A stretch of 64,000 bases of DNA, taken from contig OX597830.1 in assembly GCA_951406725.2 (NCBI GenBank), forward strand, positions 53,010,001 through 53,074,000. Direction: 5' to 3'. Positions 49,891-62,335 of the stretch are shown here, in pieces. Position numbers and translations under genes: made by a program. The notes below the pieces were generated by a model. The model searched no databases. It worked only from the letters and a program-made list of their open reading frames with translations, and was not told the DNA's origin. This DNA is from Octopus vulgaris. Taxonomy: Eukaryota. Numbering within the stretch: the stretch's first letter is position 1; each line of letters opens with the position of its first letter.

Positions 49891-49933
<43 letters not shown>
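49891..49933. repeat. (TAG)n microsatellite
   Basis: About 14 units. Many (TA)n and (CA)n tracts occur elsewhere, e.g. 10226-10263, 18458-18502, 44240-44283 and 56910-56972. Confidence 0.95.
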
Positions 49934-49935
<2 letters not shown>

Positions 49936-50118
49936 GAATGAGAAAAAGAAGTAAAATGGAGAAATTGATATATAGACATCAGTTTATTCATAAATAATTT
50001 AATTACCCATATCCATCAATGCAAAACTAACGTATTTAGTTTTTCATTGAACATTGGTAAAAACCCTGAGAACTTGGCTGCAAACATCCCTTAGAGAATT
50101 ATAGGTCCTTACCATAAT

Positions 50119-50156
<38 letters not shown>

Positions 50157-51522
50157 TAGTATAGTTTGTATGAAGCATGGTCTGATCTAGATAAATATAG
50201 TTTTTTTAAAGCCCAAACCATGTGAGTTATAAGAAATAAAGCCAGTAAAAGGATTGCACTTTTACCTTGCATTTCAATATTTCTAAATTTGGACCCTTTC
50301 TTCAGGAAATCTTCGAAGAAATGGTGTTGTAGCCTAACTTCGCTGTTCTTGTATTATTTTTTATCACTTGCAGTGCTTTCACTTTTAAAAAAGTAAAAAT
50401 CACAAGCATATACATGTAATTATATGTTGACCTTAATGAATAGGTATCCCACCTGTTATATTTATTTATTTTTTTGACAAACATTTCCATACCATGTCCG
50501 CCCAAAATCTATAGCTATATTTATTGAGTAAAGACAGGCAATGATGCTTGTCTATCTTTTTTTTTAGAGATTTGATATGTGAGAGATGTATGTGTATAGA
50601 CATGTTTTCGAAGATTGCAGGGAAGATTACCGAAATTGCTGACAATGTAGTTCGTGTAGGAGCGAGTGTGTGTGATGGCCTCCCAGTGGAGAGGGACGAA
50701 TGTGATTCGATTTGCTGACATTTCTTCTGAGCGAAAATAGAAAGTAACAGATTCACGAAATCGTTGCAACTTTTTCCTCCTTCTTTCTTCTTGTGTCTCA
50801 TTAAACAATTATTACAGCACCGAGGACTACTAATCACCAACAAGCCGAGCAAATACACATTCATCTTCCACACAAAGCAAAAGCAACAACAAAACCTTAA
50901 CTTTATTATTTTCTTTAATTCCCAATTCTTACCACATTTTCATGTTTCGGGATTAAAGTCACGTCTCCTTCGTTCTTCGTTCTGGGAATTCTATGTCAAT
51001 ATTTGATCTCATCTTTGCTTTTGCCAGGAGTCAAAGCGAAACCCGAACCTTTGAAAAGACTCACAATAGTTCATCAGTCTTGTTGTTGCTGTTGTTCTTG
51101 ATAAAGGTGGATGCAATGAGTTCCTATCTGTGCCTGGGTTAAATACACATCCTGACAACATCTGTCCCACGTACTTTTAGTTCCAATCTCACACACATCT
51201 CTCTCTCTCTGTTTCTGTTCGTCTCCAGTCTCTCACACTCTGCAACGTGTGTGTTTGTATAGAAGCATGTAGGTATAGTTTGGTAGCTGTACCTATATCA
51301 ATAAAATCATCCCCGCAGCAGTAAACATTACAGAGACTGTTGAAATTGCCACCTGAAAAAAAGAAGACGAACTCATTGGGAAAAACGAAGCACAACATCC
51401 AAACAAATAACAGAACCCGAAGCAAGACTTGCTCCCTTCTATTCGAAACTTGGATCGTCTTCATTGTCAGTTTTAAAGAAAGGAAACCGAGAGGGAAAGA
51501 GAAGGAGAGAGAGAGAGAGAGC

Positions 51523-51673
51523 ATGTCGTCTTTTTCGGACAGCAACTTCGTGAAGAAGTTGTCTGAATTAAACAATACACAACAAAGTATTCAGACTTTA
51601 TCTCTGTGGCTCATTCATCACCGCAAACACTCAAAGTCCATCGTCCAGGTTTGGTTCCGAGAACTTCAGAAAG
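51523..51673 (+). CDS. RPRD1B: RPRD1A/B-like CID protein, exon 1 (151 coding nt)
   Basis: MSSFSDSNFVKKLSELNNTQQSIQTLSLWLIHHRKHSKSIVQVWFRELQK, donor G|GTAAG. The seven exons total 1056 nt (351 aa plus stop). Confidence 0.97.
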
Positions 51674-52619
51674 GTAAGTTAATTATTGTTCTTGTTAATT
51701 AGCCCACTCTAGGCCGGCAGAAGCCGTGACCATCCCGTCTTTTATTCAGATACAGTATATCAGCTATCATATTATTTTAAATCTAATTCTTCAGGGGTTT
51801 TTTTTATAAAAAAGGTGTGGTCAACGGTGAGCAAGATGAGGAAGACTTAGCTTTCATTTCCAGCTTGTTAATTGTTGTGGACTGAGCAGAATCTCACCAA
51901 ATTATACCTTAAATCACTTCTAGGATATCATATAAAAACATGCCAATATTTCAGTGTTCGCCATCCGTCTGTTACTTCGTTTAAGCTCCCTAATTATCTG
52001 GTACCTGATACAAGTAGTATTTAGCCGTGGCCCCAGGATCAACAAAGTTACATGCTACATGTTGCTATTTACTAAAATTGTTTCTTTATGGGACTGTAAC
52101 GATTCTTATGTATGATTAATAGTTGGCTTATTGGTAAAAAGTTTGGGTATGGTTGCATGTGGCATGTTGAGACGGCTGCGTCTGAGGAAAAGCCTGCGAA
52201 AGATTGATCTTACGTAGTCGTTTCAAGATGCTTTGAAATAAATTGGCTTAAGATCATTTACACTCATTATAAATTTCATTCAACCGTTACAAAGTGTTTC
52301 ACACCTTCTACGAGTGGGAAATAATACAAATGTAAGTTAAATGGGAATCTATTACAGTTGTAGAAGACTGCGACTAAGTTGATATGAAGCATGTGTGAGG
52401 TTTACTATCGATAAGTTAGTTGCCAGTATTGTGGGTCACTCTTAGTAAGCAGAACTGTTGGAATTGTTGGAATCAAAATGTATTTTCTCTTCATAGTATC
52501 ATTCTCTATTTTATAACGAGTTAACTGTTTACATGTAACTATAAGTTTACACACACACACACACATATATATTTTTTCACACGTACTTCAAATATCTGGC
52601 AGAGTAGGGTATGTGCTAG

Positions 52620-53570
52620 TTACCTGTACAGTTAGTCAGGTTGCACAGCAAGGTTTCATACCCAAAGACCGGTATAGCAGCATCATAGTATCTGTTACTA
52701 GGGTAAATGAAATGCCTTACACAGAAGTAATTACAGAAGTACCAAACTACTGGATCAGGTCATGAAAACCACTAAAAGTGATGGCTCAATGACTTAGGGA
52801 GAAAGTTAACTGGATGAGATGCAGTTTAGTTTTGTACCAGAAAGAAGTACTACTGATGCACTCTTTATATTACAGCATATTTCAGGAGAAGTACTTAGCA
52901 AAAGATAAATCACTGTACTTTGCCTTTGTTGACCTAGTGAAAGCCTTTGATAGAGTGCTTCACTTCTTGATATGGTGTTTGCAGTGGAATCTAGGAGTAG
53001 ATGAAAGGCTAGTGAGTTGTTCAAGTCTTATACAGGGTTGCTGTCAGTAAGATGAAAGGTAATGACTACAACAATGAATTTAGTGTGCAGATAGTTCATT
53101 GAGGTTTGGTTATCAGTCTCCTCCTATTTATTTTAGTCCTATAGGCCATACCAGAGGAATTTAAAACCAACTGCCCATAGGAACTACCCAACATTGATGA
53201 CCTTGTTCTTATAGCTGAAAGTATTGGAAGTAGAAAAGAAATTCCAGGTATGGAAGCAAAATCTGGAATCAAAGAGCCTTAGAGTTAGCATCGCAAAGAC
53301 TAATGTTCTAGTTAGCAGGAAAACAAGCAGGACCCTAATCCCTTTGTGCAAATGGCTCTGTTCCATATGTTAAAGAAGTGTATGTAGAAATTCCATAAAA
53401 CTATGGACACATAAGAGGTGCAGTGGAATCACAGGAAGGTTAGCAGAAAAAGTAGACTTTGTCTGTAGCTGATGCAGAGGTGCAATAAGCACTAAGAGTA
53501 TACAGAAAATAGATTTTTTAGAATGTCCAGGGGACTCCTTAGCAGTAGTAGATAGTTTCTCATACCTTCG
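52620..53570 (+). mobile_element. Decayed RTE-X-like LINE RT fragment
   Basis: FQEKYLAKDKSLYFAFVDLVKAFDRV; EKKFQVWKQNLESKSLRVSIAKT; WTHKRCSGITG. Confidence 0.85.
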
Positions 53571-53744
53571 ATACATCCATCTTTGAGGGGTTAATATTAG
53601 TAATTAATTCAGTCTGATTATGCTATTAAAAGAAATTATATTAAGTTAAAGATATCAAACAATACTATTTGACATTTTAAAATACACTAAAATTCGATAG
53701 AAATTACATATATGACATTTCAGATATTATTTAAGGGATGACCT

Positions 53745-54572
53745 GATATCATCATCATTTAACGTCTGCTTTGACTGGTGGCTGGCGAGCCAAAAAGCTG
53801 TACCAGGCTCCAATCCGATCTAGCAAAGTTTCTACAGCTGGATGCTCTTCCCAACGCCAACCACTCCAAGAGTGTAGTGGGTGCTTTTTACATACCACTA
53901 GCACAATGGCCAGTCAGGCGATACTGGCAACGACCACACTCGAATGGTGCTTTTTACATGCCACCGGCACAGGAGCCAGTCAGGCGGTACTGGCAACGAC
54001 CACGCGTGAATGGTACTTTTAACGTGCCACTGGTATAGGTGCCAATCAGGCGGTACTCTCATTGGCCACGACAACAATTTCACTTGCCTCAACAGGTCTT
54101 CGCAAGCGCAATTTATTGCCCAATGATTGAAGAGTACTCTTAAACGGGCTGGTTATGCTGCACTGGCATAGGCCATGGTTACGGTTTCACTTGGCTTGCT
54201 GGGTCTTCTCAAGCACAGCATATCTCCAAAGGTCTCAGTCACTTGTCATTGCCTCAGTGAGGCCCAATGTTTGAAGGTTGTGCTTCACCACTTCATTCCA
54301 GGTCTTCCTGGCATACTAGCTTCATTCCTTGCAAGCTTACACATGTCCTCAGCAGTCATGGCCCATGTTACACTACCATGTAGCATGGCTGTTCACACAC
54401 ATGCCTCAAACAATCCACCTTTTACTCTGAGCGAGAGGCCTTTTGTCACCAGCAGAGGTACTTTTCCCAGGCTACCCTTATTCTAGCAGCTACACTTTCA
54501 GCGCATCCACCCCCCGCCACTGACTTGGTCACCTAGGTAACAGAAGCTATCAACTACTTGTAGTTTTTCTCC
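53745..54572 (-). mobile_element. 3' part of an RTE-X-like LINE with family B tail
   Basis: The minus strand reads EKLQVVDSFCYLGDQVSGGGGCAESVAAR...GRPGMKW, then the tandem-unit 3' UTR and an (atg)n tail at about 53750. Confidence 0.8.
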
Positions 54573-54618
54573 CTTAAATATAATATTTATCAATAATTTT
54601 GATCAGGAACCTATTAAA

Positions 54619-54932
54619 CAATGGTTCTCATCTGTTTTTTTACCTTTGGACGCCTTTGATAACAATTTTATTCTTGTGGGCCCCCATAGTCATTCAATGT
54701 TTAAAAACTATAGATACTTTCAAAATTTCTATTTTGCTTTTCATACATAAACTTGTGTAAGATGAACTTTGTAAAGCATTAGAAAAAGAAACCTAACTGT
54801 TTCTTGCAATAAATTTATCCTAACTAACATTTTTACATGGACCCTTAGTATACTACTGTGGATCCCTGATTTACTATTCTGCTTGTGTGGAACCCCTAAA
54901 AATCTTATATCAATCCCAGTTGAGAACCACTG
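54619..54932. mobile_element. hAT-type MITE
   Basis: TIRs caatggttctca and tgagaaccactg, with an 8-bp TSD (ctattaaa/ctgttaaa). Confidence 0.8.
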
Positions 54933-54977
54933 CTGTTAAATAAAATCTGAACCCCTTATTTAACTGTAATTTTTCAG

Positions 54978-55107
54978 TGAAACCAAACAAGAAGCTTCAC
55001 TTCATTTATCTTGCTAATGACGTCATCCAGAACAGCAAGAAGAAAGGTCCAGAATTTTCCAAAGACTTTGGCACCATTCTGCCTAATGCTTACAAACACA
55101 CAGCAAA
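54978..55107 (+). CDS. RPRD1B: RPRD1B exon 2 (130 nt)
   Basis: (V)KPNKKLHFIYLANDVIQNSKKKGPEFSKDFGTILPNAYKHTA(K), containing the CID motif YLANDVIQNS; AG and GTAAGT boundaries. Confidence 0.97.
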
Positions 55108-55673
55108 GTAAGTATTTCTTTAGATTATCATATTAAGAATGTCATTTTTGTTGTTGATTATGCCCCCCCCCCCCTTACTAAGTCCCTATAAAAGAATCTT
55201 CTTATAACCAGCCCTTGTTTTATTCAGATCTAGTCTGTATATGATTACATTTTCCAGTATATTATTTCTGTATAAAAGGTAGCTTTGGCTGGCAGAATTG
55301 TGAGCATACCAGGCAAAATGCTTAGAAGCATTTACATTCTGTGTTCAAATTCTGCTGAGATTGACTTTGCCTTTCATCCTTTCAAGGTTGATAAAATGAG
55401 TACCAGTTGAGCACTGGCGTTGATGCAATCAACTTATTCCCTCCCCTGAACTTGCTGGTCTTGCTGAACAGCAAGGAAAACGGATGTTAAACTATGATGA
55501 TGATGATTTTGTTTTCCAAATACAACTTTGCCTTTTCTCCACCTTCCTCAGCAGGTAGGATTAAGTGTTCAATGACATAATGTACCTGTAATACACTAAG
55601 GGTTAACTATTTGATTTATTTGTCCTTGTGTCTCCTAAATAAAGAACTTGATGTTGTTGTTGTTCTTCCACAG

Positions 55674-55780
55674 AGATGCTGATGACAAAATTAAACAGAC
55701 ATTGGAAAGAATCCTGAATATTTGGGGAGAGAGAGGAGTCTATGACAAAGACTTTATCAAAGTGATGAGGCACAGCCTCA
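55674..55780 (+). CDS. RPRD1B: RPRD1B exon 3 (107 nt)
   Basis: DADDKIKQTLERILNIWGERGVYDKDFIKVMRHSL, with cAG and GTAAGT boundaries. Confidence 0.95.
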
Positions 55781-56169
55781 GTAAGTATTATTTCTTTATA
55801 TTCTATAGAGGCACAAACATGGATGACGTCATCCAGAACTTAAGAAGTTTGTTTCACAAGCGCATGATTTTCAAGTTCAGTCCCACTGTACAGCACCTTA
55901 AGCAAGTGTCTTCTATTAGAGAATTGGGCTGACAAAAGTCTTGTGATTGAATTTGGAATTTGATAAATGGAAATTGAAAGAATCTCAAGAGTCATCAATC
56001 TTGCCAAGTGCAATAGTTGGCATAAACTGTAACATTCGGATCAGTTATATGCCATCACCAGAAAGATACTGCTCAGCAATGTTAACTGTTCTATTTATTT
56101 TGGAGTGTAATTTCTTTTATTCACGAACTACTAGCTGATTTTATATATATATATATATATATCAGCACC

Positions 56170-56640
56170 TTTGTCAATTGCTGCAAAGGTAAAGGTGATG
56201 TCTTAGATAGAAATAATTACAGAGGTATCAATTTGTTGTATCAGGTGAGTGAGAGAGAGTCATAGCCCAACTAATTAGGAGAGAGTTAGTCAAGATGAGA
56301 TGCAGTTAGGTTTTGTTCCAGGTAGAAGCACCACCGATGCTATATTTCTGGTAAGGCAGCTGCAAGAGAAATACGTAACCAAAGATAAACCTCTGTACTT
56401 GGCTTTTATTGATTTGGAGAAAGCTTTTGACAGGGTCCCCTGATCCCTTGCCTGGTGGCCAATGTGGAAGCTAGAGATAGGCAAGTGGTTGGTGAGAGCT
56501 GTACAAGCCTTGTACAGGAATGCTACCAGTAAGGTGAGGTTTGGCAATGAGTACAGCGAAGAATTCAGGGTCCTCAGCCCCCTCTTGTTCATCATAGTCC
56601 TCCAGGCAATAACAGTGGATTTCAAGGCAGGATTTCAAGG
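56170..56640 (+). mobile_element. RTE-X-like LINE RT fragment
   Basis: EMQLGFVPGRSTTDAIFLVRQLQEKYVTKDKPLYLAFIDLEKAFDRVP...VLSPLLFIIVLQAIT. Confidence 0.85.
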
Positions 56641-56905
56641 CAAAATTGCAGTCATGGCAGATACCAGTGTCACGCAAACGGCACCCATGCTGGTTGCAGG
56701 TAAAAGCACCCATTACATTCTCGGAAACATGCCAAATCAAACTGGAGTCTGGTGGTGGGTAAAGTTTTATCAAAACTGATTCACAGAAAACCGAAAAATC
56801 CTAAATTTCACACCTAAGCTATTAGTGTGGTTCTGGATGAACATATGCTAATATGTATATTATATATGGTAATATGGATGTTGTCACGTGTCAACCTCAG
56901 AACTA

Positions 56906-56973
<68 letters not shown>

Positions 56974-57138
56974 CACACACGTCAGTGTATATTGTTGAGT
57001 GATATCTATGTCAGCATGTAGATTACATGAGTGAGGGAGATCTGTCAACATAAACTTGTGTGTAGGACCATTAACTTGGTTGAAGTTGAATCCCTTTAAA
57101 TGTCAAATGCATTAAACCTGTTTATACCTTCCCTGCAG

Positions 57139-57368
57139 ACTCTCCTTGGTCAGAGACAACAGATCTGTCATCCACTTCATCATTATCTAACCACAACATC
57201 AACAGTAACAACAACAACAGCACCAACTCCACTACTACCACAACCAGCAGCAGCACCACCACCACCACCAATAAATCACCAACAGTGAAGAAGAAGAAAC
57301 ACCAAGAACACCAACTGACCCTTAAACAAGAAATTGATGCCATGGATGAAATTGGAGAACCCCCAACG
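57139..57368 (+). CDS. RPRD1B: RPRD1B exon 4 (230 nt, S/T/N-rich linker)
   Basis: ccctgcAG|(N)SPWSETTDLSSTSSLSNHNINSNNNNSTNSTTTTTSSSTTTTTNKSPTVKKKKHQEHQLTLKQEIDAMDEIGEPPT|GTAGG. The phases (1 in, 0 out) bridge exons 3 and 5. Confidence 0.85.
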
Positions 57369-57914
57369 GTAGGCTTTCTAAATGTTCTTTACCTTCAATT
57401 TCTCCTTTTAATTTCTTACCCCTTCCTTCTAATTGCTATCTTTATGTGAGGAAAAGCTAGCCTCTATTGTTGTCATTAGAATAAGTTTAGGGAGCTGCTA
57501 CTACACTGTCTCTCTCTAATAAAACAAGAATATTGGAGTAAGAATGTCTTTGATTTTGTTAGATGTTGCCAAAGTGCTGTCCTGTACCAACAAAGAAATG
57601 ATTTTGAAGGAGATTTGACTCCTATTACCAGCATGTCCATTGACTGCATAGAAGACATTTCATTGGCTTGTAATTATGTGTGTTTTCAATGTACATATTA
57701 CTTTTGAGATGCCAAATGTTTTAAATATCAATGTTATGTTGTTGTTTTGCAGGCCTGTAGTAACTTAACAGCCATGCTAATATAACGTCAGTGTTCCACT
57801 CACACATATTGGGCAAGTGTCGTTGGTCAACCATAGCCTTCTGACTCAAAGTTCAAAGATAGACACATCAGAGGAAGTGATTGTTTCTGTGTGAGCATAA
57901 GCTAATCTCATGCT

Positions 57915-58260
57915 TGGTTCTTGGATGCCTCGGACAGCGTCCATCCAGTTGTCACCCAGTTTAACACCACACTATCTGGTCCTTGGGTACCTTTAGTGGA
58001 GTCTACCCTTATGTCACCCACTACTACCTGGTTCTTGGGTGCCTTTAGTGGAGTCTACTCTGTTGTCATCCAGTTTAACACCACCATTTGATCTTTGGGT
58101 ACCTTTTAGCTGTTCACCCTGTTGAATTGGTTCTTGGCTGACTCTAACAGAGTATACCATGTCACAGTTTAATATCACTACCTGGTTCTTGGGTATATTT
58201 AGTAAGACCACTTTGAAACCAACACCTGTTCCTTGAGTACCTCTAACAGAATCCACCTTG
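57915..58260. repeat. Degenerate minisatellite with a unit of about 55-60 bp
   Basis: gtcacccagtttaacaccactacctggttcttgggtacctttagtggagtctaccct recurs about 6 times. Confidence 0.8.
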
Positions 58261-58476
58261 TTCCAAACATTCAGGTGAGATGCCCAGTCTGGGGATATAC
58301 CTTTCTCTCGTCAGTCCTGGAGGTCCTGAAGTGTTATTACTAACATGACCCTCCATCCTCTGAATAAAATATTTAAAAAGCAAAACAGATGAATAAATAA
58401 AATAAAAATAATGTCTGTTACTGATATTTGATTTTGTAATTTATTTGATGATTCATTCACCATTTTTTACTTTCAG

Positions 58477-58603
58477 ACTGAAGATCTTGTGAAAAACCTG
58501 TATAATCTAGAAAATTCTCCTTCGAGTGATGCTGCTGTCAGAGAAAGAATTGCAGCTCTTCCACAAGAAGTTGCTGACCATACATGTTTAGAGAAGTTAA
58601 AAG
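58477..58603 (+). CDS. RPRD1B: RPRD1B exon 5 (127 nt)
   Basis: TEDLVKNLYNLENSPSSDAAVRERIAALPQEVADHTCLEKLK, the start of the CREPT coiled-coil domain. Confidence 0.96.
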
Positions 58604-58724
58604 GTTTGGAACTTTCTTCTATTGTTTAAACCCAGGTTAGCTCTGACTGAGTAGGCCTAGGGTTAAAGACATCCCAGCTGTAACTACCTTATCTTTTGTG
58701 TGTGTGTGTGTGTGTGTGTGTATT

Positions 58725-59470
58725 ACTGGTGCTATATAAAAAGCACCATTCAAGTGTGACTGATGCCAGTGCCGCCTGACTGGTTCTCATGCAGGTGGCA
58801 TGTAAAAAGCACCCACTACACTCTCGGAGTGGTTGGCATTAGGAAGGGAATCCAGCTGTAGAAACCTTGCCAAATCAGATTGGAGCCTGGTGCAGCCATC
58901 TGGTTTGCCAGTCCTCAGTCAAAATCGTCCAACCCATGCTAGCATGGAAAGCGGACGTTAAATGATGATGATGATGATGTATGTTCTCTTTCTTGTATCT
59001 CTCTCTCTTTCTCTCTCCTCTCTCTCTGGCCAGATAACCACGTACCTCCTTTATAGCAAGACCCCTGTTTCTGCCTCTCTGTCACACTCCAGCCTTTCAT
59101 CATCTGACACAAGATCACCTCCTCCAATGCTCCCTTCCCTCTCAAAATTCCCCGTCTTGTAAGTTGGTGACCCTGCTGGTGCTGGTGTCACATAAAAAGC
59201 ATCCAGTCCATACTGTCAAGTGGTTAGCAGTCGGAAGGGCATCCAGCTGTAAAAACCTTGCCAAAACTGACTTTGTCTGTGCTGATGCTATGTAAAAACC
59301 ACTAAGTCCACTCTGCGGAGTGGTTGGTGTTAGGAAGGGCATCCAGCCGTAAAAACCTTGCCAAAAGAGACTCAATAGACTGGGGTAGGCTTCTACCTGG
59401 CCGGCTCCTGTCAATCGTCTTACCCATGCATGCATGGAAGATGAATGTTAAATGATGATGATGATGATGT
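58725..59470 (+). mobile_element. Two family B RTE-type tail repeats (58725-58979; about 59150-59469)
   Basis: Both end in gttaa(atg)n. Confidence 0.8.
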
Positions 59471-60113
59471 ATAGGCTTATGTTATGTAGCTAATGTATCA
59501 TTCCTTTTTATTATATGGTAGAGTGTAATTTAAGGGATATCTGGCTGTTATTTTTAGCTGGTGGAGTTACCATGTAATGGCTCTTTTGTTGGCTTATTCT
59601 TTTGCTTAACTTTCCTCCCACAAGTCATCATCTAACACCTGTTCCTCTATCTTCTAACTGCAAAACTACTCACTCAGGTGTTGTTAATGATACCACCTAT
59701 CCCCCCCCTCTCCATTTCACATTGTATCCTTACTACTACCCATATTACTTTCTCCTCCTCCCTCACCCATTCCTATTTCCTTTTCCTTCAGTTCCTCTCC
59801 TGCAAACTGATATTCATGCCCTTCAGACTGATGTTTTGTTTTATTTGCAAGGTAAAATGGAAACAGGATGGAACAAAATCTGGTCCTTGTAGCTTTTTAA
59901 CCCTGGGTCAATCTGATTGAGCAAGTGATCCAGCCTTGGATCACTTGCAAGGTTTTTTTTTCAAGGAAAGTGTCTAGGACTACATTGTCCTATCTCTTTT
60001 GTTATTTAAGATGGCTTGAGGTGACGTGATTGATACTTAGCTGCCATTTCTAGCAGAACATATGATCAGTTGAAGTTTATTAAACAGAAGTGGTCTATGT
60101 TGGTCTCTATTAA

Positions 60114-61193
60114 CCCTTTCGTTACTATATTTCTGACCAAAATACACCCCTCATGAGTTTCAATTAAATTCTAAAATAATCATGAATGTAGGCTTGTTTC
60201 ATTAAATAACTGTAACTTTTTTACTTATCAACATATTAATGTGATATTTGGAACATAATTAAAGAAAGGGTTCTTAATCAATTCTATTGCATAACTTTTA
60301 TCTCAAAGTGACTTTAATTACAGGTAAATCCAGGTAAATTGAGCAAAAGGTAAAAATATAAAAAATTTTGTTTAAACATCACCATAGAAAATGAATCATC
60401 AGCTAATATTCAAATGGGTATACAACAAAATTTTGATAAAGAAGAATTGTGCACATCACTATATCATCAGTTGAATTTAATGCACAACAGGTGTACCATA
60501 AAGGTGGAATAAAGTGAAATACTGGAATCCACCGCAAGTTTGACCGAACTAAAGAAATCGGTCAAAAAATAATATACAGCCCTGGTTATGGTATGGAAAT
60601 GATAAATTCCAGACCACATCGTTCCCTAGGCCATGCTGACTAACATTATTTTCCCTGTATAAAAACTAAATCCACGCAGTACCCAGTATTTGCTTCACAA
60701 ATTTTCCGAAATTTGAACCCCCGTTTTGTGTTTGTTTACATTCTGCGTAAATTTGTTTCCGCATTGATCGCTTCAAACAATAACTTCCAGACCACATCAT
60801 ACCTTAAGCCATGCTTATACAGCCTCCCTGTATAAAAACTAAATCCACAACAGTACCCAGTATTTGCTTCACAAATTTTCCAATTCGGAATCAATGTTTG
60901 ATAACATGAAACTCCTATCCATTTTCAAAGTTGAAGAAAAATCGATGCCGAAAAAAATGTGGAAAAAAATCTCCCAAAATTCAGGGAATTAAAATTACAC
61001 GTTGATCGTTGTACAAAACTGTAGATGAACTGTTTACGAAATATAATCACATGTTTTCACGAATGTACTAAAGGGATTTGCTCTGATATTCTCATTTAAA
61101 TATGAATAGGTAAATACGGGCGGGTTTGGGCAGTTTGGTCACATTAACCAAAATTTTTTTAGGGCGGCTTTGGGCGGTTTGGTAACGAAAGGG
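60114..61193. mobile_element. Non-autonomous piggyBac-type element
   Basis: TTAA|ccctttcgttac ... gtaacgaaaggg|TTAA, with an internal duplication of about 100 bp (60607 and 60785). Confidence 0.9.
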
Positions 61194-61683
61194 TTAATGG
61201 TTATGTTGCAGTTATGAGATTCTGCTATGCACTTAAATTAAGCTTTTTTTCTATACACTCTAGAATGTAATATGTGTTCAATGCATCCCAGATATGTGTC
61301 AGCTGTTCTCAAGAGTGTATATGATTGTATATGAGGTTTATATTTTCTCTGTCTCAAATCAACAGTATATTCATGTGTGTATATAATAGTACTTTATCAT
61401 CTGAGGTCAACAAAGGCTATTCTGATTTGCATCTATAACACCTGTACTTTACTCTCTCAGGTCAACAAGATTAATATGTTTGTGTGTGTTTGTCATATCA
61501 GTACCGACCCAGAGCAATACTCTAAAGGGGCTTGCTAGTGTGCCTTTTGTAGAGAGTGAGCAACTATACAAAACCTTACTATTTTCTGGGCCTTGGTTTT
61601 CCTAAGGATATCGAGCCAGGAGAAAAGTAACTGAAATCAAATCATCTGTCTATTTCTTGAACAATGGAATCCTTTGTTTGCAG

Positions 61684-61859
61684 ATAAAGATGATGCACAG
61701 AAGTTGTCTGAGACAGTAGACGAAGCTTATAGTTTGTTGACTGAGTACAACCAAAGACTGAGCCAAGAACTCATAGACAGGAAAGAAAATGCTCGTATGG
61801 TGCGGACCTACCTGAATCTTCAACGAGATCATCTACAAATTGCAGAGGCCAGACTCATT
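61684..61859 (+). CDS. RPRD1B: RPRD1B exon 6 (176 nt)
   Basis: (D)KDDAQKLSETVDEAYSLLTEYNQRLSQELIDRKENARMVRTYLNLQRDHLQIAEARLI, with gcAG and GTAAG boundaries. Confidence 0.96.
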
Positions 61860-61895
61860 GTAAGATTATTTTTGTTTTCTTTTTAGCTTTTACAT

Positions 61896-62162
61896 TAGTG
61901 GTTCCCAAGGTGGGATGGTACTGTTCCTCTGGTGGTGGTGGGGTCATTGAAGAAAAGTCGGGTGGTAATGGGGTGGCCAAAAGGGGCAATGGATGTAAAA
62001 AACAAAATATTGGATTAATTAGACTAAAGTTTTATTTGTGAAATACCTTTGTTTTGAATTTGCTGCAGAAAATGGTCTATGTTTGTGGTGATGAGGGGGT
62101 GCACTAGGAATGTGGTCTGAGTGCCATGGGGGTGGCAGCCTGAAAAAGTTTGGGAACTACTA
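61896..62162. mobile_element. hAT-type MITE
   Basis: TIRs tagtggttcccaa and ttgggaactacta. Confidence 0.65.
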
Positions 62163-62335
62163 TTTTATCTGAACAATTTTGTATTTTTTTGTTTTTAATG
62201 TTTTCTGCTCTCTGTGGATAAAATATCCGACCACAATTAGAGACTCAATAGGTTTAAATGTTTTAATTGTACTCTGAAAAAAATGAGGTTAATATGTTGA
62301 ATAATTATAATCTTGTTAAGAAAAACACATATCTG

